Shown here piece after piece: positions 13,585 through 23,126 of a stretch of DNA of 25,245 bases. The notes under the pieces were generated by a model. The model was not told the DNA's origin. It saw only the letters and a list, made by a program, of their open reading frames with translations, and did not search any database. The stretch spans positions 1 through 25,245 of the forward strand of contig NIVC01005134.1 of NCBI GenBank assembly GCA_002269645.1. Reading direction: 5' to 3'. Positions within the stretch are counted from its first letter, which is position 1; each line of letters opens with the position of its first letter. The translations under genes were made by a program, and so were the position numbers. This DNA comes from Macrostomum lignano. Lineage: Eukaryota.

Positions 13585-15502
13585 TTAGGCGATTTCGTTC
13601 CGTTCCAAATATGCGGTCGCAGCAAAATCATATCCTGCTGATGTGCTACCACAAACGGCTGCACCACGAATAAAATGTGCAGCATCCGATCCTCCAGTTC
13701 GAGCACCAAAACCCATAAGAGTTCCCGTTTTATCTAAATCTCCCCAAGTTCCACTATCATATGTAAAAAAGTTTTGCCCAATTAGCGTATATGTATTAGC
13801 TGATACATTGTATGTGCTTATTTGATACCAAACTCTTTGATTTAAAATATTAATTTCAAAAAGATGCCAATCGCCGTTATCAATATTAGCATAGGTTATA
13901 GTTTGATCTGCGTCATTAAGAACATCATTACGAGCTGTTGCACCGTCTGATTTTATATTGCTCCAAACAACCCCAACTCTATCATGCCATTCACTCGCAA
14001 ACACAATCAAGCCGGCGCGGGTTGTTAACCCGGATCCAAATTCACTTGTTGGACGTTCGTGACAATATGCATAAAACCAAACCGCATCAGCACCACTTCC
14101 TGTAGCATTAGCAACTCGGAAATAGAAGGAGGCGGAGATATTACGAAAATGGGTGAAATTAAATTGCAACGCTCCAGACTGACCACTTGCTTCATCAGTA
14201 ATTCTAGCTCCATTTTGATAATCAATATAAGTAGCGTTACCAACAAAACTTCCAGTTGGAAAAATATCACCGGCTGTGGTTGGGTTTTGATATCCAGTCC
14301 AATTGCAAATTACAGGCTCGTACAAAGCGGCATCGATTGCAGGTATTCCATCCAATTTTATTTTATCATTAAAAGACATTCGGCCATCCGCCGTTTGTGT
14401 TACTCGCGTATCAACATAACCTTTAGTAACAACAGAACTGTTATTGTTTATAGTAGAGATATTAGTAATTGTATTACCTCCCATATCAATTGATTGATTA
14501 ACCACTCCCAAATTTAAATCAAGAATTGTAAACGTCTGTCTATAAATCTGGAAGGTTGACAGACCCGGGTTGGTTGAACCCGAGGTTGATGTAAGACAGA
14601 ACAATCTGAAATATGAATATGTTTTATCAAAATTTTGTGTGACATTAATTGTTTGAGTTGAGTTATTTATTGCTACAGAACTATCCGCAGGTATTAATAC
14701 GTCCCAACTTGTATTGTCATTACTTCCCTCAAATCGCCATGATGCTGGGTGCTCGGTTGAAGGTGATGGCCTACCACGTAAATCAATTTTATAACACATT
14801 ATTGCGGAAGGGCATTGGACTTGAATCCAATAATCGGTTTGAGTATTATTTGTTGCCCAATCTGTTGCATTATCCATCAAACGCTTTCCAACTTGCAAAA
14901 TCAGTTGTATTAAATGCTGTGCTGCGTATTGCAAAACCATTTCCACTCCAATCTGCATGTAGGTATGTGGCCGTTTCAACCGTTTGGAATCGATCCTGCT
15001 TTAAGGCTCCACCTCCAACTAAATTATCAACTTCGGTTTTGGTATAGGAATCAGTTATATCTCTTTTTAAATTTAAGGAATTATCAACTTCAGTTTTGCT
15101 ATAAGAATCAGTTATATCTCTTTTTAAATTTAGGGAATTATCAACTTCGGTTTTGGTATAGGAATCAGTTATATCTCTTTTTAAATTTAGGGAATTATCA
15201 ACTTCAGTTTTGGTATAGGAATCAGCAACATTCCGTTTTAAATTTAGGGAATTATCAACTTCGGTTTTGGTATAAGAATCGGCCGTATTGCGTTTTAAAT
15301 TTAGGGAATTATCTATTTGAGTTTTGGTATAGGAATCTGCAACATTTCTTTTTAAATTTAGTTTAGTATCAACTTCACTTTTTTTATAACCTTCATCTTC
15401 ATTAATATATCGGTTATCTCCGAATGTAACACTTATTCCACCAGAAGTACCACCACCAGTACTTGATGTTCCGTTCCATGAGGGTGTTCCAGAAAATAAC
15501 AT
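13585..15502 (-). CDS. Fibre/tail-spike-like adhesin (~640 aa): 20-aa repeats, discoidin (F5/8C)-like domain, shaft-like motif, C-terminal L-type-lectin-like domain; one frameshift at ~14870
   Basis: Six YTKTEVDNSLNLKR..DS repeats; WKAFD..NATDWAT...WIQVQ...PASWRFEGSND..WD; IDMGGNTITNI...VVTKGYVD; Q.GALQF...FYFRV...GADAVWF. Confidence 0.7.
15023..15390 (-). repeat. 60-bp coding tandem repeat, ~6 copies, inside the fibre gene
   Basis: Directly visible in DNA and protein. Confidence 0.9.
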
Positions 15503-15531
15503 TTTTACTGTCTATTTTATAGAGTCTAAAA

Positions 15532-15972
15532 TCATCTTAAATACTTCGGGGGGTTCCTTCGAGTTATTGATCGAACCTTTGGTTCGACTCCGTCGATATA
15601 TAAAAAATACAACGCAGCCTGTCCGCAATAACTTTTATCAAAGGTTTGAAACTGTTCGTGATAATCTCCACATAAACGATTTTTAGTATGATTAAATTTG
15701 TCTTTTATTTCCTGTAACGGAGGAAGCGCGTATGAATCAAAAAAATAAACAAGTTTCGGTTTTGAATAAACTGCTGACCAATGAACACCATTTTCTTTTG
15801 TTGTTTCAATATTAACAATGAAAGATCCATATCTTGGTAAGTCTTTTATCTCATCCCGCATAACACATCTGAATGGTTTTATTTTTAACTGCCTCGCCCA
15901 ATTTGTTAATTCGATATTGCTTGTTGTGTCTGTTCCATATCGTTGTTTAAAATCATCCCACGTCATGGTCAT
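15532..15972 (-). CDS. Adenain-like cysteine (maturation) protease
   Basis: GVHW (His), YFFDSY (Asp), Q...SYCG (Gln/Cys) in the Ulp1/adenain order; intact 146-aa ORF. Confidence 0.9.
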   Translation of the reverse strand: MTMTWDDFKQRYGTDTTSNIELTNWARQLKIKPFRCVMRDEIKDLPRYGSFIVNIETTKENGVHWSAVYSKPKLVYFFDSYALPPLQEIKDKFNHTKNRLCGDYHEQFQTFDKSYCGQAALYFLYIDGVEPKVRSITRRNPPKYLR

Positions 15973-15973
15973 T

Positions 15974-16147
15974 TTATGTTCCTGAAAAACTCTTGGTTTT
16001 AGTTAGTTTCGTAGGTGTGGGTTTTAATAGTTCCTTTCGGATTTTTTCTGCCTGTAATTGTTTCAATTTTGTTAGTTCGATTTCATAATTATCCTTTGCG
16101 TTTTGAACTTTTTCCGTTTGTTTTTTTAAAGCATTGTTGTTACCCAT
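15974..16147 (-). CDS. 57-aa Lys-rich protein with an N-terminal MG (possible myristoylation); not in the ORF track
   Basis: My translation: MGNNNALKKQTEKVQNAKDNYEIELTKLKQLQAEKIRKELLKPTPTKLTKTKSFSGT*; fills the gap between the penton and protease genes exactly. Confidence 0.55.
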   Translation of the reverse strand: MGNNNALKKQTEKVQNAKDNYEIELTKLKQLQAEKIRKELLKPTPTKLTKTKSFSGT

Positions 16148-16157
16148 TTTTACAGTA

Positions 16158-16943
16158 CTAAACCTGTTTTATACGTAAAATTATTGTTATTGACTGCCCA
16201 CCAAAACTTATTAATCTATCGCTTTCATCTACAATCCTAATATAAATTGATTGAACATTATATTGATTTAATGGGTAATATATTGGGGTTTGAGGTGATA
16301 CAATCATTTTCTCTCCAATTGGAACAGCAAGAAATGGGATTGAATAAATAATTCCACGTTGAACCAAAACTCCGTTATCGTCTGTTATATAACCACCGTT
16401 TGAAATGTCGGTTGTTATATTAATTGTATTTACTCCACCCTCTATATTTCCAACTGTATCACCGGTGCTTGATGTGGTAACTATTCGGGAATTAAATCCA
16501 AGTATGGTTCTGAGTGAATTTGCAATTGTGAAATCAACCTGATATCCGGATTCGAGTGATAGTGTGAATCTGCCAGACGGTAAATCAACACCTATAACAA
16601 TTGCTCCTGCTACCCAATCTCCATTAGCTGTTAATTCTCCTTCTATATAAGCATTCAAATCAGTATAGCTATACGCACCCGGGCTAACACTAAATGTTGT
16701 CCAATTGGCTCCGGAATCTTTAGAATATCTAAATTGATTATTTGTTGCATTAATTAATTGAGGCATGTTGAAAACCGAAAATAGTATTAAACCTATTTGA
16801 TAACTTAGGCTTTGATCGAGTTGTAATGGATCGCGCAATTGAATCCGTTGCTCGCTGGTTGTCATTATAAACTGTAATGTTGTACTAAATTTTGAATTAG
16901 TTCGATCTACCAATTGTTTTATAGTATTTAAATTTGTAGTCAT
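16158..16943 (-). CDS. Minor capsid protein (penton, single jelly-roll)
   Basis: Polinton penton-like motifs: NNQFRY, PGAYSYTDLN, SLRTILGF, INITTDI, GEKMIVSPQTPIYYPL, IRIVDESDRLISFGG; intact 261-aa ORF. Confidence 0.85.
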   Translation of the reverse strand: MTTNLNTIKQLVDRTNSKFSTTLQFIMTTSEQRIQLRDPLQLDQSLSYQIGLILFSVFNMPQLINATNNQFRYSKDSGANWTTFSVSPGAYSYTDLNAYIEGELTANGDWVAGAIVIGVDLPSGRFTLSLESGYQVDFTIANSLRTILGFNSRIVTTSSTGDTVGNIEGGVNTINITTDISNGGYITDDNGVLVQRGIIYSIPFLAVPIGEKMIVSPQTPIYYPLNQYNVQSIYIRIVDESDRLISFGGQSITIILRIKQV

Positions 16944-16977
16944 TTTTATAGTGGGGAAATCGTGCCATAGGCACGAA

Positions 16978-17770
16978 CTAAGTCTCTTCTTCCTCGTTAT
17001 CTTCTTTTATCAGATCTCTTAAGATTCGATTTTTCCTTTCTAACCTAGGGTTGATATATATATGTTTGTATTGGCTATCATCCCAAATTTTTTTACACAT
17101 ACTTTTAAATGGTTTTGTATCCAATCCAGGATTAAATCTAGCGTGTATATTTTGTAAATCATAATTATCTAAATCAAACATTACACAACAACTTGCATTC
17201 TTTTTTATAATCGATTCTAATTCTCTAAAGGACTGTGTTAGATAAAAAGCTCCATTCCATCTCCTCTACCACTAACAAAAATTTCCTTTTGCAATTCTTG
17301 ATCACCGTCATTAATACAATCATCAAAAATAATTAGTGTTTTATCATTTTTTGGAATTTGATCATAGCCTAATCGGGTTGATACTCTAACAGTTGGGGCT
17401 CGTTCGGTGATGTTTTCTGGTTCGAACCTTTGGTTCGCGGACTCCGTCCGATCTTCTGCCATTTTTTACATAAATCCTCAATGTCATCGAGTGTAAATCG
17501 CGGTTCGTCATCATCCTCATATTGCTCATATGCTCTTAACATTCTAAACAAGACATCTTTTTTTAATTTGTTTTTTAATCCATGTTTAAGAAATTCATAA
17601 TATTTTATTCTAGGTTTATTAGTATAAATTATTAAATTATTATAGTCTAGCATTCCATCGGTTGTTAACAGGTCATAAACAAAGTGTGTTTTTCCTTTAC
17701 CCGACCCACCAATTACTAAACAAAGAAAAGGATCATTTGGAAATATTTTATTGTGTTTTGCTTTTACCAT
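16978..17770 (-). CDS. A32/FtsK-like genome packaging ATPase; two frameshifts
   Basis: Walker A GGSGKGKT, Walker B IIFDD, then GR...FYLTQSF...IKKNA; pieces 17770-17369, 17462-17238, 17181-16978. Confidence 0.9.
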
Positions 17771-17816
17771 TTTTAAAGAAATAATTTAAAGTGGGGCGAC
17801 GGTCGGAGACCTGCAC

Positions 17817-19284
17817 TCATTTTACAATGGTGCGTCCCGAACAACGTGCCATCAGCTTTAGCAATTGACAATATTCCTCTAGAAACAATACGTGGGCGTC
17901 GATTGCCTGATTACCGGTTTTATTAATCTCTAACATATAATTAAGTCCAATATTGGCTACGTTTTCTTTCTGTGCCGTTAGATCATAAACAACCACTGGA
18001 TGATGTTTAGAAACTCTGTGGGTGTGTACTGAGGACGGCATATGCTTCATTTTTGGCATAATCGTGATAATATTTTATAAAATCATTAACATCATTATTT
18101 GCAATATTTAGATTAAGAGGATCTTTAACCGGATAGTATTGGTCATCAACCTGCAGGCGGATATTCTGAACATTAAACTCGTTAATTGCAGCAACTGCGT
18201 TGTCTGTTGCGGTAGCTGCTTGTGCTGCTATGTCACCGATTGAAGCCAATATAAATCCCCATTTGCTCTTTTACTCCTTCTGTTTGTTATCTAAACCAAA
18301 CAAAAATATATCTCACCCGACGTTTTGATGTCAGTATTTGCCACTGGAATGAATCCTGGTTATTATTAATGGTTCGCATAAAATGTCGACGATTCAAATA
18401 AAATATTTCCTGATCATGCGTTAACTGATTATCGATGTGTTTTAAAAGTGGGGCTGTTACCTCAATAGTTGGTACGACTAATTGAATTGAATCTATACGA
18501 ACTGCTATATCGGTTGAAATTGAGGTTCCATAAAGTATCCTAGGCTGATATCCACCAGATATTTGCAACTGTATCCCAAATTTTAATCCTTTCCATACCC
18601 GATTTGGTGAGAAAAACCCAAATAGTGGAAAGATTGAAAAGTCCTGCTCATATGCTGTTGCTGTGGTTAAAACCGCGACTGGGAATTTATTCTGACGATC
18701 TATAAAACCGTGTTAATAGCTTTTGTATTAGTCATAGTGGTTACAACTGGAACTATATTGGTATTAAGGTAAACAATTAGAGCTGCAGTATCTGCACCAG
18801 CTGCGTTTTGTACATTAGGGAAAACTACTGCTTGACCATTACCTTTATCCGGCATCCACCCAACATTATCACCAACTTGTTTTGATAAATAAGTATAATT
18901 TAAATGTTTCAAAACTCCATTAATCTCTGCGGGGTTTGATGATGTCTCAACCTCGCTCCATTAACAGTAGTTGGCTTGGGAAAAACATTTATAAAACCAA
19001 TCATTTTCTATTATTATTCCGGATCGATCTGCGATATCTCCGGCTGCAAGAGCAGTTCCATCATTTCTAGTATATAACCATCTAACACGGAAAAATGCAT
19101 TTTTCATATCCAATATAGTGTTGGTTGCGCCGATGTCAAAAGTTACCGTTCCAGTAGTAAAGTTATTTGAATTATCACTTGTTGGTAGGGTATAATTTAA
19201 ATCTCTTGCTCTGACCTCATTAATATACTGTCGGTGCTTTTTGAAATGAAATTTATCACTCCACATAGTTTTTGTTTCAGCCAT
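17817..19284 (-). CDS. Major capsid protein (double jelly-roll, Polinton type); several frameshifts
   Basis: Five consecutive ORF pieces span ~490 codons; VRYIFVWF, FNVQNIRLQVDDQYYP..LNLN, VVVYDLT; flanked by the ATPase and penton genes. Confidence 0.75.
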
Positions 19285-19318
19285 TTTTTTAAGTTAAAAA
19301 AGTTTTTTATGTTAAAAA

Positions 19319-19977
19319 ATGAGTCAATTTATGGACGTTGATGGAGAGTTAGCGATTTATAAAGAGAAGCAAAGATATTCTGATTTTGTTAGAAATTTAC
19401 AAAAAAGAAAGTTAGGAATACAATTAGCTGGCGAAAGATTTGCTGCTCCTTTTGTTAATCCTATTACTGGGAAAATTAGTGAACTAGAAAAAACAGATAA
19501 AGACTTCTGGAAAAAATTGCTACGAATACTGAGCCAAAAGAGGATGAAATTTTGGATGAGCCGCCTGCTTATGATGTTGATCAAGCTCAATTGAGAGTTG
19601 CAGAGATTAGGGCTGCAGAGAAGGGATGGAGTTGAACAATTTCCAAGAGTACCAGCTAGTATTGCTGTGACAGATTTAGGTAATAATAATTATCGAATTG
19701 GTAGAGTTGATAAAAATCGATGAACTATATAGAGAATTGGGTGGAGCATATAATATTATTATGAACCCTAGGGTAAAATTTAACCCTGATTATATACTAG
19801 GGATGAATTAGTAAGTGCAAAAATTTTTTATGATGAGTTAGGAGGAGCTGTTAAAAATACAAGTTTGTATAAAAGGATTATTTCTATAAATAACAAACCA
19901 GCTGTTGGAGAAGGATTTAAAACTCCTAGAAAACTTGTTTAGCTGCTGCGAAAGCTGCTGGACATACTGGTGTTTAA
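19319..19977 (+). CDS. Polinton conserved protein (core-like), fragmented; end approximate
   Basis: ORF 19319-19594 plus downstream frames giving ...VGEGFKT...LAAAKAAGHTGV*, resembling the L..AS..AGNT motif I recall from Maverick proteins. Confidence 0.45.
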
Positions 19978-20004
19978 TTAATTGTTAAATTTATTTTTTA
20001 TAAA

Positions 20005-20604
20005 ATGGAAACTAAAAAGATTTGTAGTCGATGTAAAGAAGAGAAACCAATGACTAAAGATTTTTTTAGATGGAGAAATGATTCAAAAAAATTTAGAAAT
20101 GATTGTCGATCTTGTGAGAAAGTTATATCAAAACTGTGGAATAAAAACAATAAAGAATATATAAAAAATAAATATCACACTGATGAAAATTACAAACTTA
20201 TTATCACCTCACGAAATAGAATAAATCAACTATTAAAATCAAATAATGCTCGAAAAAATAATCATACTATTGATTACCTTGGTTGCTCAATTGAATTCTT
20301 TATTGATTGGTTAAATTTCACAAAACATTATTATGTTCCAAAAGACTATGGTGGTGCTTTACATATTGATCATTTTATTCCTGCTTCTTCATTTAATTAC
20401 AAAGACGAAGATCATATGAAAAAGTCTGAACATTGGACAAATAAAAGATACTTAGCTGCTATTGATAATAAAACTAAATTTGTTAAACAACCAACAATTG
20501 AAGAATTTGCAAAACAATTGGTGCTATCATGTATTTTTAAGGCTATAAAAAATGAGCAATCATGCGACGCATGCGAACCGAAGGTTCGATCGACGATCAA
20601 TTAG
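20005..20604 (+). CDS. Free-standing HNH endonuclease with an N-terminal Zn finger (putative homing endonuclease)
   Basis: CSRC...DCRSC; YLGCSIE; LHIDHFIPASSF...HWTN...IDNKTK; intact 199-aa ORF. Confidence 0.8.
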   Translation: METKKICSRCKEEKPMTKDFFRWRNDSKKFRNDCRSCEKVISKLWNKNNKEYIKNKYHTDENYKLIITSRNRINQLLKSNNARKNNHTIDYLGCSIEFFIDWLNFTKHYYVPKDYGGALHIDHFIPASSFNYKDEDHMKKSEHWTNKRYLAAIDNKTKFVKQPTIEEFAKQLVLSCIFKAIKNEQSCDACEPKVRSTIN

Positions 20605-22167
20605 TATTTGAAGGAGGATTGTTAGATGTTCAAAAAGGATTAACAAGCTTACCGAGCGTTTTTACTACTGGGAGGTATACAAATGAATTACACATGCCGT
20701 CTTACAACTTCGCAGGTTAACCCGTGGCCTGAGTGAGGAAGGCAATGTCCTTGCTAGTCACTATTTGTGGCGACATCTTCAAATTGCGTGAAACCCGTCA
20801 TACAGCTTCAAGTACCACTTCAATTGAGAAATCTTTTGAAGGAACAGAGGTAACTCCTCTTCCCAATGGTAAAAAGCTTGAAGACATGGTGGCAATGCGC
20901 AGCCAAGCTCCTAAGTATTTTAAATATAAGGAGAAGGTTCAGAGAGCAGACGGAGATGGGCGGTAATCATCGCCGCTTAAGGTGTGCTCCAGCCTCATTC
21001 GAAAGATTGAGGGTAAACTGCCGGGGACTCGCTTAGATTTGAGATTAAATCCTGACAATACTCCAAAATCTGATTCAATTCCAATAAATGGTATTGACTG
21101 GTTAGCATATTATCATGACTTAGCATACAGAGATGCTGACAAGAACCCGCCCGAGGAAGCATTAAGATTAAAACATGAAGCCGATCAAAAAATGATTCAA
21201 GGATTAGATAACTTGCAGGGATTATCGGTAGGGCAAAGATTAACTAGGTGGATGGTTAAAAAGATCTTGCAGTCTAAAGTTAAATTTGGTTTGGGAATTA
21301 ATTACAACCAACATGGAAATAATTGTGTCGAGTGTTTATTATTAAGTGGTGGTGGGTTAAGTTCTGATGAGGCAAAGATTCTTCATAAAGAATATCGAAA
21401 ACCGAAATTTTATAGAAAAATCATGAACTTCAAAAAGAATGAAATTTGGTATGCTGATTTAATGTCGATGCCGAACGAAAGAGGATATAAATATATCTTA
21501 ACCATATTAGATGGTTTTACTCGATACGCGTGGGCTGTTCCTTTAAAATCCAAAAAGGGAGAGGAGGTTGCTGCTGCTTTTAGAAGTCTTGGAGAAAAAA
21601 GTGAACGGTTGTGTGTTGATGAGGAAAAGAATTTTACAATCCTCATATGTATAAATTATATCATTTTGAAAAAGGACAAGAAAGGAAAAAAGACGCGAAT
21701 GGGGAGTATATTAATAAAATTTATTCTATTTATGGAGAAAGTAAAAACGCATTAATAGAAAGATTTAATCGAACTTTAGGTAAGAAATTATGGTTTCAGT
21801 TTAGTCTTAATGGAAACCAAAAGTGGGTAAAAATATTACCAGACGTTGTAAAAGATTATAACAATTCATATCATTCGGCGATAAAGATGACTCCTCAACA
21901 AGCTTATAACAATCCTGAAAATGTTAAGGTTACTTTTGGAGAATTTGAAAAAAAGAAAACTAAAGGTTTTAAGTTGGTGATTCTGTTTATATCTATAAAT
22001 GGAAAGATAAGTTTGAAAAGGGAAGAAAAGGATATTGGAAAATAAGTGAGAAATTTACTATCAGTAAAGTTTTAAATACCAATCCTACAACCTATATAAT
22101 TGCTGATAAGGATGGTGAAGAAATATTGGGTTCTTTTTATGAGAACCAGATAATGTCTGCGAACTAA
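20562..22167 (+). CDS. PLA2 (parvovirus-type) fused to a retroviral-like (rve) integrase; exon 1 20562-20717, exon 2 21021-22167 with ~3 frameshifts
   Basis: Spliced product ELHMPSYNFAG|PGTRLDLRL...PINGIDWLAYYHDLAY (Ca loop plus HD dyad) reads in frame into WYADL, LTILDGFTRYAWAVPLKSK, CVD, IERFNRTL, YNNSYHSAIKMTP, LGSFYENQI. Confidence 0.9.
20718..21020 (+). ncRNA. Group I self-splicing intron, subgroup IC1-like, 303 nt, no internal homing endonuclease gene
   Basis: P AAAUUGCGUGAAA, Q AAUGCGCAGCC, R GUUCAGAGAGCAGA, S AAGGUGUGCUCC. Helices P1, P2.1, P3, P5abc, P6, P7, P8, P9 and P10 can all be paired. The 5' exon ends in U, the intron ends in G, and removal restores the PLA2 reading frame. 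Confidence 0.93.
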
Positions 22168-22443
22168 GTTCAAACAGTTACTTAAGACAACATGGTAGTA
22201 AATTTTTTATTACAAACAAAAACAATATTATTACTATTATTGTTACTAATATTATTATTGACATTTGTTCAACTGTTATCAAACTTAAATTTTCATTAAG
22301 TTCATTAATTGGAACATTTCCGATGTAGGAGTAATCGTGCAGCACGCGAACCATTTCGATTTACCTTCATTTTTTTATATATATTTTTCACAATAAATGT
22401 CGTTTCTGTTATAGAATAATAGTTCATTTTTTAAATATTTTTT

Positions 22444-22758
22444 TCACATAAAAATTTCACTTTCATTCTCTGAATCACTGGTTTCATATGAACTATTTGT
22501 TGATTCGGAATCTGTTGATCTAACCTCCCAATCATCCGAATTTAAATAATCTCCAAGTTGAAATATTAACTCACCCTCTTGTTCTAAATCATACATCTCA
22601 TCTAGCTCTAATGGATAAAGTTTTAGGTCATGCTTGTCGTCATATTTTAAATAAACTTCATCAATTATTCCATTCAAAATATGTTGTTTTATTATCTCTG
22701 CATTTTTAGCAACAGTCTCAAAAGTATCACTAACAGAAAAGGTGTAAACTCGGGTCAT
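22444..22758 (-). CDS. Acidic hypothetical protein next to the right TIR
   Basis: 104-aa ORF, TAAAAATG start, Ser/Glu-rich tail. Confidence 0.55.
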   Translation of the reverse strand: MTRVYTFSVSDTFETVAKNAEIIKQHILNGIIDEVYLKYDDKHDLKLYPLELDEMYDLEQEGELIFQLGDYLNSDDWEVRSTDSESTNSSYETSDSENESEIFM

Positions 22759-22777
22759 TTTTAGTAACAGAAAAAGA

Positions 22778-23126
22778 CCCTTCGCGCCTGCGGCGCGGCA
22801 GCGGGTTATAGAGATTTGGAAGTGTTAGAAGTGTTGGGGGGTGTTGGAAGAATTGGGGAGTGTAGTAGTAGGTAAAACGACGAGTACAGATCAGCCCTTT
22901 TTTAATGGCCGTTTATAAGGTTCCAGAGGGGGGACACGAGGGGAGTGTTGGGAATTAAAAAGAAGTGTTGGGATTGATTTTTATTGTTAGGGGGTTTTTA
23001 GATGTCTTTTTGTGTTAATTGTGATTAGATGTGTTTTTTTATTTACCCCCCGTGTCCCCCTCTAGACCCTTAAAACGGTCATTAAAAAAGTGCTCTGGGT
23101 CTGTACTCGTCTTTTTACCTACTACT
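22778..23126 (-). repeat. Right terminal inverted repeat (~350 bp) with an internal inverted copy of the terminus starting at 22864
   Basis: Reverse-complement match to 3932-4300; ends ...CTTTTTACCTACTACT. Confidence 0.92.

Larger units (their letters stand above)
3932..23126. mobile_element. Polinton/Maverick-type endogenous virus (adintovirus-like), ~19.2 kb, apparently full gene set
   Basis: 5'-AGTAGT...ACTACT-3' termini and long TIRs; abrupt shift to AT-rich, gene-dense DNA; pPolB, rve integrase, ATPase, cysteine protease, major and minor capsid genes all present. Confidence 0.95.

Noticed and set aside
7707-19284. Calling polB, MCP and ATPase pseudogenes
   Set aside because: The indel pattern is shared with host housekeeping exons and fits read error; cannot be decided without polishing
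19978-20604. HNH ORF as part of a second or larger group I intron
   Set aside because: No P/Q/R/S elements around it, and the downstream intron has its own P1 and 5' splice site at 20717/20718
20733-20966. 77-aa ORF inside the group I intron as a homing endonuclease
   Set aside because: No nuclease motif; it overlies the ribozyme core and starts at a non-ATG codon
20982-21020. GTG start of the 257-aa ORF
   Set aside because: Lies within intron S/P9; the real N-terminus is exon 20562-20717
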